Part shown: positions 21,628 to 31,944 of the stretch, piece by piece
Layout of the letters: each line of letters begins with the position of its first letter
Numbering within the stretch: position 1 is the stretch's first letter
Origin: Coleofasciculus sp. B1-GNL1-01
Lineage (GTDB): Bacteria > Cyanobacteriota > Cyanobacteriia > Cyanobacteriales > Coleofasciculaceae
Reading direction: 5' to 3' (one strand)
DNA length: 59,136 bases
Assembly (NCBI GenBank): GCA_040220235.1
Contig: JAVJTO010000021.1
Translations under genes and position numbers: made by a program
Notes under the pieces: generated by a model
What the model was told of the DNA's origin: nothing
Seen by the model: only the letters and a program-made list of their open reading frames with translations
The model's database searches: none

Positions 21628-22905
21628 ATGACTATGATACTTGCCACAGAACAACAGCTTGCCGCCAAAGTTCGGGCTGACTTCCCGATTTTGCACGATA
21701 AAATTAACGGTAAACCTTTAGTTTACCTAGATAATGCCTCAACTTCCCAAAAACCTTCACAAGTTCTTAAGACTTGGCAGAACTACTATGAGCATACTAA
21801 CGCCAATGCTCACCGAGGCATTCATACCCTGAGTTCCCAAGCCACCGAAGCCTACGAAAACGCACGGCAGAAAATTGCCACATTTGTTAATGCCACATCT
21901 GCTCAAGAAATTATCTATACCCGCAACGCCACAGAAGGAATTAATTTAGTCGCCTCCACTTGGGGAGGGAAAAACTTACAGCCTGGAGATGAAATCATTC
22001 TCTCGGTGATGGAACACCACAGCAATCTGATCCCGTGGCAACAAATCGCCCAACGCACAGGTGCTGTGTTAAGATTTGTCGAATTGACCGACACTCAAGA
22101 ATTTAACCTAGACCAGTTTAAAACTCTACTCTCCAATCGCACGAAACTGGTATCCATTGTTCATATTTCCAACACCTTGGGATGTATTAACCCAATCCAA
22201 GACATTACCGCACTGGCGCATCACTATGGCGCGAAAGTATTAATTGATGCTTGTCAAAGTACACCCCACCTAAAACTTGATGTACAAGCGATTGATTGCG
22301 ATTGGTTAGCGGCGTCTGGACACAAAATGTGCGCTCCCACCGGGATTGGTTTCCTGTATGGGAAATTAGATGTACTCAGAGAAATGCCGCCGTTTTTGGG
22401 GGGCGGGAAGATGATAGCTGAGGTTTTTTTGGATCATGCCACCTATGCCGATATTCCCTACCGTTTTGAAGCCGGAACTCCCGCCACGGGGGAAGCGATC
22501 GCGCTGGGTGCCGCCGTGGATTACCTCACCGCTATTGGTATGGACAAAATCCAGGCGTATGAACATGAATTGACTGCCTATTTGTTTGAGCAGTTAAACA
22601 CGATTCCCAGTCTAAAAATTTATGGTCCTAAACCCAAAGAAGACGGGAGTGGTAGAGCCGCGTTAGCCTCATTTACCTGCGGCACGATCAACCCGTATCA
22701 ATTAGCGCAAGTGTTGGATCAGGCGGGAATTGCGATTCGGGCAGGTCAATATTGTACCCAACCCTTGCACCGGATTTTAGGAGTTCCTTGCACGGCTCGC
22801 GTGAGTCCCTATTTCTACAACACCCGTGAGGAAATTGATACATTTATCAGTGCTTTAAAAGAGGCGATTCCCTTTGTGATAGCATTGCAATGTCAGGCAA
22901 GATAA
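21628..22905 (+). CDS. sufS: SufS-family (class II) cysteine desulfurase, divergent stand-alone paralog
   Basis: YLDNAST, EHHSNL, SGHKM (PLP Lys), FEAGTP; catalytic Cys in RAGQYCTQP (canonical RxGHHCxQP); no adjacent sufBCD. Confidence 0.85.
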   Translation: MTMILATEQQLAAKVRADFPILHDKINGKPLVYLDNASTSQKPSQVLKTWQNYYEHTNANAHRGIHTLSSQATEAYENARQKIATFVNATSAQEIIYTRNATEGINLVASTWGGKNLQPGDEIILSVMEHHSNLIPWQQIAQRTGAVLRFVELTDTQEFNLDQFKTLLSNRTKLVSIVHISNTLGCINPIQDITALAHHYGAKVLIDACQSTPHLKLDVQAIDCDWLAASGHKMCAPTGIGFLYGKLDVLREMPPFLGGGKMIAEVFLDHATYADIPYRFEAGTPATGEAIALGAAVDYLTAIGMDKIQAYEHELTAYLFEQLNTIPSLKIYGPKPKEDGSGRAALASFTCGTINPYQLAQVLDQAGIAIRAGQYCTQPLHRILGVPCTARVSPYFYNTREEIDTFISALKEAIPFVIALQCQAR

Positions 22906-22961
22906 AGAATAAATTATCGGGTTATCGCCATTTGTCCCAATTGCAGCCGTTCTGAATAATT

Positions 22962-23792
22962 GAGGATTGCTGCACAAGTCCAAAATCCTTAGCGCCATTA
23001 AATAAAGGGCGGGTTTTGTTGTTCAGTTATCGTTAAGCCACCCAATTGAGTTCCTAAACCCGCCCCTACAATGGATTAATTTTTTTGACATTTTGGTTTA
23101 AAAGGGTTGAAACTGTTGCCTGTTTCCTGTTGCATCTCCCCACCACAAGACTTATTCAACAGACCCTAAATATTGGGAAAATATAATAATTTTAACCTAA
23201 CGCCCTGAAGCGTCAGGTATTACACGTATAGCAATAAGCTATTCGGCATTGACAGGTTTATGTCAATAATGGTGAAATTTATTGTAGTGCGAGCATCTTG
23301 CTCGCTACTAATCTATGAACAAAGAGCGTACATCTTTAAACAAAGAGCGCACGTCGGTGCGCCCCTACGTTATAAATCATCGCTCCATCGGTGTCCAATC
23401 CCCCGATGGAGCGATGATTTTTATGGGGGGATAATGTAGAGGCGCATAGACGTTATGCGTTTCAACTTAAGCTGAAAAGTTCGACTGGTAAACATTTCAC
23501 CCTCATCCCCTAACCCCTTCTCTCATCAAGGGAGAAGGGGAACCATCATATAAATAGGTTTCAAATATCAATCTATTGTAGGGGCGGGTTTAGGGACTCC
23601 ATTGGGCTAGTTAACCATAACTGAACAACAAAACCCGCCCTGTATTTAATGGCTTTAAGCAAAGATAGGCTCGCATCCCTTACGACAAACTACAAACTTT
23701 AAAAAATTCCCCACCTGAACATCGGTGGGTTACGGCGGACAGCTCACTAAATGGTTCCTGTCTCAGTTGAAGTCCCGCCTAACCCACCCTAC
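22962..23792. repeat. Intergenic cluster of REP/REPIN and MITE-like repeats
   Basis: REPINs at 23007-23069 and 23578-23641, palindromes at about 23284-23309, 23347-23368 and 23375-23420, GGTGGGTTACGGCGG...CCGCCTAACCCACCCTAC at 23724-23792. Confidence 0.7.
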
Positions 23793-23899
23793 GTTTTTTG
23801 GAGCAAATTGTTTCCCTTTACTCTTTTTTTTTGAGAGAAAAGGGTGTTTTTTTGCTTGTTTTGTTATACTATTGTCACAAATACACAAAAGACCAAAAT

Positions 23900-24892
23900 A
23901 TGATGAGACATCTACCGCCTCAATTCGATACTTGCAATACCACCGAAACCATTGACACGCAAGGGTTAGAGGATGTTGGCGTTACTCAACTCCTCTCCTA
24001 CCTCAAGCACTACAGCGATGTTGACTTTGATGCATCCCAAATGCATCTAACCGATGCTGAAGTCAAAATCCTCGCCAAGCTGTTTATTCAGCAGTTGACT
24101 CAAAGCCTCAACGGTAAACTCATCGCTGGCGAATTAAATACCCTGCGTCATGGTGAGGAGATGGAGGAGATGAGGGAGATGACTCCACACTCAGTCGGGG
24201 CGGGTTTAGTCACATCTGGGGAAACAAGAAACGATAGTAGTGAAACCCGCCCCTACACAACACTCAACACTTTTCCTACCCCCCGCTACAAAGAAGGCGA
24301 TCGCGTTCAATGGAAAACCCCAAATCCTGATTGGGGCGTGATTCTGGGACGCTTCTATGAATATAATCATGATCGTGATCAGTGGACGGTTTGCTACCTG
24401 ATTCAACTCGCCCCCGATTCGCCCAGTGCAGCTTGGATTACCACAGATATGGCTTGGGAAGAAGATTTAGAAAAAATACCTGATACCGTTGCACCCAGCG
24501 AAGAGAATGGCTATTCATACCGTTATCCCACCCATTCTCGCCGTGCGATAGCGCCTCCATCTCTGCATAGTCCCAGAGGACGCTACAATACCCACTATCC
24601 CCACCAGCCTCGCCCAATTACTCAACGTGAACAATACATCATTGACCTTTACTGTTACTGTGAATTAGGGATGACACCCAGGGACTTTTATGCTAAGTGG
24701 GATGTCACCTATGAACAAATTTCTCATATTTGCGATCGCTCCCTGGGAACCGTACAATGTTGGTTTAACCTAGGTCAAGGACATCGCCCTCCTAAACCCG
24801 CTGATTTGCGCCATTTGGCAATTATGGATTTTTTGTTAGAGTATTTTGAAGAGATTCCGAAAAAACTTAGAACTATCCTTTGTTCTCCATAA
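23900..24892 (+). CDS. Multidomain protein: DUF1392-like beta domain plus C-terminal cyanobacterial HTH domain
   Basis: P.Y..GDRV.W...DWGVI.GRFY...Y.I.L...W...D.AWE.DLE module followed by MTPRDFYAKW.V.YEQI..IC.RS..TV..WF module; likely ATG at 23900; in-frame REPIN at 24197-24256. Confidence 0.6.
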   Translation: MMRHLPPQFDTCNTTETIDTQGLEDVGVTQLLSYLKHYSDVDFDASQMHLTDAEVKILAKLFIQQLTQSLNGKLIAGELNTLRHGEEMEEMREMTPHSVGAGLVTSGETRNDSSETRPYTTLNTFPTPRYKEGDRVQWKTPNPDWGVILGRFYEYNHDRDQWTVCYLIQLAPDSPSAAWITTDMAWEEDLEKIPDTVAPSEENGYSYRYPTHSRRAIAPPSLHSPRGRYNTHYPHQPRPITQREQYIIDLYCYCELGMTPRDFYAKWDVTYEQISHICDRSLGTVQCWFNLGQGHRPPKPADLRHLAIMDFLLEYFEEIPKKLRTILCSP

Positions 24893-24925
24893 TCGGTGGG
24901 TATTTGTAGGGGCGCACGCTCCGTG

Positions 24926-25113
24926 CATTGGTGTCAACTTAAGCGGAAAACCCAAGCAATACCTTGACTCTACCCCACCCTAACCCTCCCCAAATCGACG
25001 GGGAGGGAACATTTCCCCCCAAAGCACCGGGGAGATTAAGGGGGGTTAAGATTAAGGCGACGAAATTCTTTCGTCTTACAGGGAAAAGTTTTCACCTTAA
25101 GTTGACACGGATG
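24926..25113. mobile_element. MITE with TIRs CATTGGTGTCAACTTAAG / CTTAAGTTGACACGGATG, nested within a REP palindrome
   Basis: About 18-bp imperfect TIRs, internal GC hairpins; flanked by the split halves GTAGGGGCGCACG / CGTGCGCCCTA. Confidence 0.7.
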
Positions 25114-25167
25114 ACTGACGTGCGCCCTAACAGCAACCAATAACCGGGCTTAAACCTTTACCATTTT

Positions 25168-27021
25168 ATGCGACGTCAACCTCTGCAAAAGTTTTTAACT
25201 CAACCTAGATCAACAGGGTTAACGGTTCACGTTGTATTTTGGTTCAGTTTAAGCTTAACCATCACCGCGATTTACAGTGGGTTAGCCCTGAGAGAAGCAT
25301 TTAGTCATGCCTATATCGTTCAAGATGATGCCCGACAGCATGTCTTTTGGATGCAACGGTTCATTGATAGCGAATTATTTCCCCATGACTTAATCGCCGA
25401 TTATTTCCAATCCGTTGCTCCTGTCGGATATACTACCATATACCGCATCGCCGCCGCTTTTGGCATTCATCCCTTTCTCTTCAACAAACTCCTACCACCC
25501 ATTCTCGGCGCGATCGCGACAGGCTACTGTTTTGGCATATCCCTCCAACTCTTACCCGTACCTGCGGCTGGCTTCATCACCACAGTACTACTCAATCAAA
25601 GTCTTTGGCTGAAAGACGATCTAATCTCAGCTACACCCAGAGCCTTTGTTTACCCCCTATTTCTCGCCTTCTTATACTACTTACTACGCCAATCTCTACT
25701 GCCTTGCCTAACCACAATAATCCTACTCGCCCTATTCTATCCCCAATACTTATTAATTTGTGCCGCCCTATTCATCCTACAACTCTTTACCACAAAAAAA
25801 TCACTTCTACGAACCTCTGCGTCCCTCTGCGCTTACCTTTGCGCCCCTCTGCGTTTCCCAAAAAAATTCCAACTCCCCCCCCATTCCCTATCAATAATAG
25901 GTCTAATCCTCACAATAATCGCCATTTCCGGCTACGCCCTCATCCCCGGAAAATTCGATCCAGTCATTACCGCCACTCAAGCCAAACAATTACCAGAATT
26001 TTGGGGAACCGGACGCAGTTATTTTTTCAGTAATAATCCCTGGTATTTCTTGTTCCTGGGTCCCCGCAGTGGTGTATTAGACGTAGGCTTCGTTAGACCC
26101 GCAACTTTAGCCTTAGGCATACTATTACCCATTCTCATCCGATATCCCAACTCATTCCCCCTAGTTAAATCGATTTCCCCTCAGATAAAAGTATTAACTC
26201 AAATCTTTTGTGCCTCTATCTTAATGTTCATCGTTGCCCATCTGTTCCTATTTAACCTGCATCTTCCCAGTCGTTATACCGAACATAGCTTTCGCATTCT
26301 TTTATCCGTATCAGCCGGGATGGTTTTAACAATTGTTATTGATGCTATTTTGAGAATAGATTGCCATCCGGCAAAACTCAAAACTATCATCCTGTCTCTG
26401 GGCAGATTTAGTGACAGCAGGGCGAAAAGAAATGATAATAGAGAAACTCGCCCCTACTCAAAACTCAGAATTTACCACTACCTAACCCTTAGCTTTATCA
26501 CCGCAGCGTTACTTTTCTATCCCTACTTAGTTGAACCCTTTCCCTTAACCAAATACAAAGACGGTCATTTTCCTGCTTTGTATCAATTCTTCCAACAGCA
26601 ACCCAAAGATAGTTTAATTGCTTCAGTATCAGAAGAGGCAGATAACCTACCCACCTTTGCCCAACGCTCTATTTTAGTGGGGCGGGAATATGCGATTCCT
26701 TATCATTGGGGGTATTATCGCCAATTTCGCCAACGCACAATTGACTTAATTCAAGCCCAGTACAGTCCCAATTTAGAGGAAGTGAAACAGTTTATTCAAC
26801 GCTATGGAGTAGACTTTTGGTTATTAGACCAAACTGCCTTCACGCCAGAGTATCTAGCCAATCATGATTGGCTGCGAGATTATCAACCTGTCACTTTAGA
26901 GGCGCAAGAGAGACTAACTCAGGGAATCACTCCAGCATTAGCTGGGGTAGTGGAGGATTGTTCGGTGTTTCAGATGGAGAGATTTGTAGTGTTACAAACG
27001 GCTTGTATAAGTCAATTCTAG
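25168..27021 (+). CDS. Polytopic membrane protein, possibly GT-C-fold glycosyltransferase-like
   Basis: About 11 TM helices, QDDARQHVFWM acidic loop after TM1, soluble C-terminal domain; two repeat-derived in-frame inserts. Confidence 0.65.
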   Translation: MRRQPLQKFLTQPRSTGLTVHVVFWFSLSLTITAIYSGLALREAFSHAYIVQDDARQHVFWMQRFIDSELFPHDLIADYFQSVAPVGYTTIYRIAAAFGIHPFLFNKLLPPILGAIATGYCFGISLQLLPVPAAGFITTVLLNQSLWLKDDLISATPRAFVYPLFLAFLYYLLRQSLLPCLTTIILLALFYPQYLLICAALFILQLFTTKKSLLRTSASLCAYLCAPLRFPKKFQLPPHSLSIIGLILTIIAISGYALIPGKFDPVITATQAKQLPEFWGTGRSYFFSNNPWYFLFLGPRSGVLDVGFVRPATLALGILLPILIRYPNSFPLVKSISPQIKVLTQIFCASILMFIVAHLFLFNLHLPSRYTEHSFRILLSVSAGMVLTIVIDAILRIDCHPAKLKTIILSLGRFSDSRAKRNDNRETRPYSKLRIYHYLTLSFITAALLFYPYLVEPFPLTKYKDGHFPALYQFFQQQPKDSLIASVSEEADNLPTFAQRSILVGREYAIPYHWGYYRQFRQRTIDLIQAQYSPNLEEVKQFIQRYGVDFWLLDQTAFTPEYLANHDWLRDYQPVTLEAQERLTQGITPALAGVVEDCSVFQMERFVVLQTACISQF

Positions 27022-27204
27022 GGGCGGGTTTAGCCACTCAAACAAGCTGGTTACCAACAACTTTGCGTTTCATGAACCTTTAGTGAGGCAATATACAGGG
27101 TTGGCTGTGGGTTGATTCAAAGTCCATTGGGGAGTAGTTTAGAACAATAGACCTTTTTACCCCCCCGGAACTGAAAAAACACAAGTGAAAACTTACAATC
27201 AACT

Positions 27205-27642
27205 ATGACTAAACTTTACAACAGAACCTCTGAGAAGAAAAAACGACAAGTATTACGCCAGAATATGACTTCTGCAGAAAAACTTCTGTGGTCGCATCGA
27301 AAAGGCAAGCAGATAGAAGGGTGTAAGTTTAGGCGACAGTACAGTGTTGCTCAGTTTATCATTGATTTTTACAGTCCAGAAATACAATTAGCAATCGAAG
27401 TAGATGGAGATAGTCATTTTCAAACAGGAGTGCCAGAATACGACAAAGAAAGACAACAGTTTATCGAGTCAACTAGAATTACTTTTCTGCGATTTATTAA
27501 TGATGATGTACAGATCAACCTATCAAGTGTGTGTGAAGTTATTAGACATAGAATTATAGGATTGAGGCAAGAAAAGAGTGTATTAGCCCCCCTTAGCAAG
27601 GGGGGGTTGGGGGGGTTAAATGCATCACGGCTTTTTCTATGA
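27205..27642 (+). CDS. DUF559 (Vsr-like) endonuclease domain protein
   Basis: LRQNMTSAE..LW...KFRRQ...FIIDFY...LAIEVDGDSH motif. Confidence 0.85.
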   Translation: MTKLYNRTSEKKKRQVLRQNMTSAEKLLWSHRKGKQIEGCKFRRQYSVAQFIIDFYSPEIQLAIEVDGDSHFQTGVPEYDKERQQFIESTRITFLRFINDDVQINLSSVCEVIRHRIIGLRQEKSVLAPLSKGGLGGLNASRLFL

Positions 27643-27789
27643 TTTGAGCAACTACGGCAGTTATAAACGCTTAATCGATGATGAATTAACAAGAGTGGCA
27701 TCCGGCTTTTTACCCCTCCCGTCCTCCCCTGGAAGGGAAGGTGCTGTAGGCGGCGGAGTGGCAAAAGTGAGCAGGAGTGATCGGCGCGT

Positions 27790-27910
27790 ATAATAAAGGA
27801 CTTTTTAATCCTCGTCGAACGGCTTCAGCTAATCCGGCTGATTTTCTGACTTGACCAATTTGATAAATTGACATTAAAACTAATAACTCATAGCGTTCTG
27901 ATTCAGTCAA
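27790..27910 (-). pseudogene. C-terminal fragment of a small cyanobacterial helical (antitoxin-like) protein
   Basis: LTESERYEL..LM.IYQ.G..RK...LAEAVRRGL..PL looks like a C-terminal segment; the upstream frame is closed by a stop and no N-terminal part is visible. Confidence 0.4.
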
Positions 27911-28108
27911 TCCAGTATTTTTACCTTTAGTTTCGCGATCGCAACTCGATATTTGGGGAGTAGTTAAGGTTCAACATCTCAGCCAGGATACTGATCAGCA
28001 AGTGATGGACTTCCGACCAAAATTCGGGATTCTCTAGATAGGGATTCATCCCTGGAAACGGCGAAGGCATCATTTGGGTAGTTCTATGATAATGATCGCC
28101 TCCTTGGC

Positions 28109-29509
28109 TCAGCGCCCGATTTCAACGTCTTCAAGGATACCCAGTGCGTCAGGGACAAGAACAGCCACGGAATAGTAGGCGCTGATTAGATAAGACATAA
28201 TTGCCTTTTCGTTGATACCCATAAACCGGACGGATAGGCTGGGTTGATATTCATCAGGGATACCTGTTTGGTGTAAGCCAACCACCCCTTCATTCTCCTC
28301 ACCGGTGCGGAGTGCGAGGATGAAGCTCGTATTGGCTTTCGTAATCGGAATTTTGTTGCAGGGAAAGATGGGAACGCCACGCCAACCGAAGATCATCTGC
28401 CCGTTTACCTCAACAGTCTGGGGATAAATGCCACGGTGGTTACATTCCCGACCAAAGGCAGCAATGGTGCGGGGGTGAGCCAGGAAGAACTTCGACTTCT
28501 TCCGCCGAGAGAGGAGTTCATCCAGGTCATTTGGGGTGGGTGGACCGGTGCGGGTGAAAATACGCTCCTTGAGGGCTGCGTTGTGCAGCAATCCAAATTC
28601 GCGGTTATTAATTAATTCGTATTCCTGCCGTTCCCGCAACGCCTCAATCGTCAGCCGTAACTGTTGCTCAACCTGATTTATGGGTTCATTGTACAGATCA
28701 GCCACGCGGGTGTTGATCCGCAAAATGGTTTGAGCCACACTCAACTCATACTCGCGCGGTTTTAATTCGTAATCCACAAACGTCCCTGGCAATTCGGTTT
28801 CCACCGGATGTCCTGCTGATATAGCGATCGCGGCTTGACCGTGTTTGTCTTGGGGCTGTCTCAACCTGGCTCTAAATTGATCGACCTGAGCCTGGAGCGC
28901 CTCGGACTGGTTGAGTAACTGCCGAAATGCCTGAATCGGCAGGGATAATACTGTACAACTTGTTACCGCCCGTAGAGTGACATTCCAACTCTCCTGGGAC
29001 TCAACCATTTCTTGACCCCCAACATGGTCACCGTCGGCGAGTACATCTCGTAAAGCGTCTTCCTCATATTTTCCCGGTGTCATCTTGTTGACTTTACCGT
29101 GAGCAATGAGTAACACGCGATCGGCGGGTTGACCCGCCTGGACAATCACGTCACCTGCGGCAAACTCTTGTTGCACAAATCGGTCTGCTAAGGCATTTAA
29201 CACCTCAACATCGTCAAACCCGCGCAGCAAGGGTAGCTCACATAGGGATTGGGGAATCACCCGCACGTCGGTGCCCGTGTTGGTAAAGCTGACTCGTCCA
29301 TCCCCGACGGTATAGCGTAACCGACGGTTCACCCGATAAGCACCCCCCTTGATCTGCACCCAAGGCAACATCTTCAACAGCCACCGTGGGGTGATCCCTT
29401 GCATCTGCGGCACGGTTTTGGTCGTGGTTGCCAAATTCCGGGCGGCGGCTGTGTTCAAACTCATCTGCGGCTGTTCACTCTCAACCGGCAAATTGGCGGC
29501 ATCTGTCAT
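28109..29509 (-). CDS. Family 2B encapsulin shell protein with cNMP-binding domain insertion (cnb-type, copy 2)
   Basis: [24 protein letters not shown], internal cNMP domain, [31 protein letters not shown]; real start MTDAAN at 29509 by comparison with the paralog. Confidence 0.92.
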   Translation of the reverse strand: MTDAANLPVESEQPQMSLNTAAARNLATTTKTVPQMQGITPRWLLKMLPWVQIKGGAYRVNRRLRYTVGDGRVSFTNTGTDVRVIPQSLCELPLLRGFDDVEVLNALADRFVQQEFAAGDVIVQAGQPADRVLLIAHGKVNKMTPGKYEEDALRDVLADGDHVGGQEMVESQESWNVTLRAVTSCTVLSLPIQAFRQLLNQSEALQAQVDQFRARLRQPQDKHGQAAIAISAGHPVETELPGTFVDYELKPREYELSVAQTILRINTRVADLYNEPINQVEQQLRLTIEALRERQEYELINNREFGLLHNAALKERIFTRTGPPTPNDLDELLSRRKKSKFFLAHPRTIAAFGRECNHRGIYPQTVEVNGQMIFGWRGVPIFPCNKIPITKANTSFILALRTGEENEGVVGLHQTGIPDEYQPSLSVRFMGINEKAIMSYLISAYYSVAVLVPDALGILEDVEIGR

Positions 29510-29880
29510 AAAAACTCCTTCGTTGTGGGAAACCCCGTGTATGCGAGACCGGGGATGAACACGCGATAGCGGTTTTAACCGCATACCCCTTTCGGGGGTG
29601 GAGGGGTATGGTTGCCCCTCCGATGAGGTAGGGTTGCCTCAGTCTCCTTTCGGGTAAAGTTAGCTTCGCCAATGTTATCGGTCGGTAACTATCCAAAAAG
29701 CACTGTTTCAGTGACCTTAAAACTGTTTAACTTTTCGGTTCTAGAGCAGTAAACTAGCTACGCATTTACTGGTAGGTCTTAAACACTTGCCGATAACGTA
29801 GTCAGTTAAGACTTAGGCTGGTAAGCACAGCTTTAACTTATTTGGCTTTTGCTCCGTGTCTTTAGACCGGGGTTGCTTAC
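29510..29880 (-). mobile_element. Non-autonomous IS200/IS605 (IscB-type) element lacking the iscB ORF
   Basis: Related subterminal hairpins at both ends (CCCCGGTCTAAAGACACGGAGC and CCCCGGTCTCGCATACACGGGGTTTCCC), a full omegaRNA, no ORF; right boundary inferred at the ATGA. Confidence 0.7.
29645..29880 (-). ncRNA. HEARO / IscB omegaRNA scaffold
   Basis: Minus strand: GTAAGCA...TGCTTAC 5' stem, CAGCCTAAGTC..GACTACGTT, CCTACCAGTAAATGCGTAGCTAGTTTACTGCTCTAG, AAACAG...CAGTG, long-range GTTATCGG/CCGATAAC pair, AACATTGGCGAAGCTAACTTTACC...GGAG: the HEARO hallmark segments in order. Confidence 0.8.
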
Positions 29881-29924
29881 AATTTAATACTCCATACTGC
29901 TCGTAACTCACAAAAAGATATACC

Positions 29925-30155
29925 GTAGGGTGGGCACTGCCCACCATGGGTGTCAACTTAAGCCACAACCCTTGCCCCTTCTAATTTTTAGCGACGGGGT
30001 TCCTGCTCCCTCGGCTGATAGCGATCGCCACCGGAAAAGGGCGGGTTGAATGTAGGGGCGGGTTTTACTACTATCATTGGCGGGTTGCACCCAGATATGA
30101 ATAAACCCGCCCCGACAAAGTTGTTGCCATAAGTTATCTGTAAAACCCGCCCCGA
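29925..30155. repeat. REP/REPIN cluster and a partial MITE end between the encapsulin genes
   Basis: GTAGGGTGGGCACTGCCCACC, GGTGTCAACTTAAGC, and nested GGGCGGGTT...AAACCCGCCCC arms. Confidence 0.7.
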
Positions 30156-30201
30156 CTTGCCCCTTAATTAGCTCTCGGTAGACAGCGTTCTCACCTTCTT
30201 C

Positions 30202-31611
<1,410 letters not shown>

Positions 31612-31944
31612 GATGATTTTCCTTTGGTTAATGTTAGTTAATGTTTGGTGAACTTTTGGTCAATTATGGTTATTACCTCTAGTTGTCTTTGCTTGCGGCT
31701 GGGTGCTTTTAGCTTGACTAGATTTCCTCACCTGTATGGAATTTGAATTGTGCTGTTGGGGGATTAAAGTGCGAACTCAATCCTATGGATTACCCCTTCA
31801 GCATCCGGTTCCTCCTTATGGTTTCACCGAAACGAATCGCACCAAGAAAGCCCTACAGACCTTGACTAGATTAAGACCATAGACCTCTCCAGAAATTAGG
31901 TTTGAGCCAGAGTTTTGACTTTTGATACCCGTAATTTCGCCAAA

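Noticed and set aside
29510..29584. 25-aa N-terminal extension of encapsulin copy 2 in the ORF track
   Set aside because: It lies inside the omegaRNA element; the paralog starts at MTDAAN and an RBS precedes ATG 29509.
31612..31944. Possible riboswitch or small ORF between the terpene synthase and encapsulin 1
   Set aside because: RBS-like GGAG sites lead only to 4-codon ORFs, and I could not match a known riboswitch consensus.
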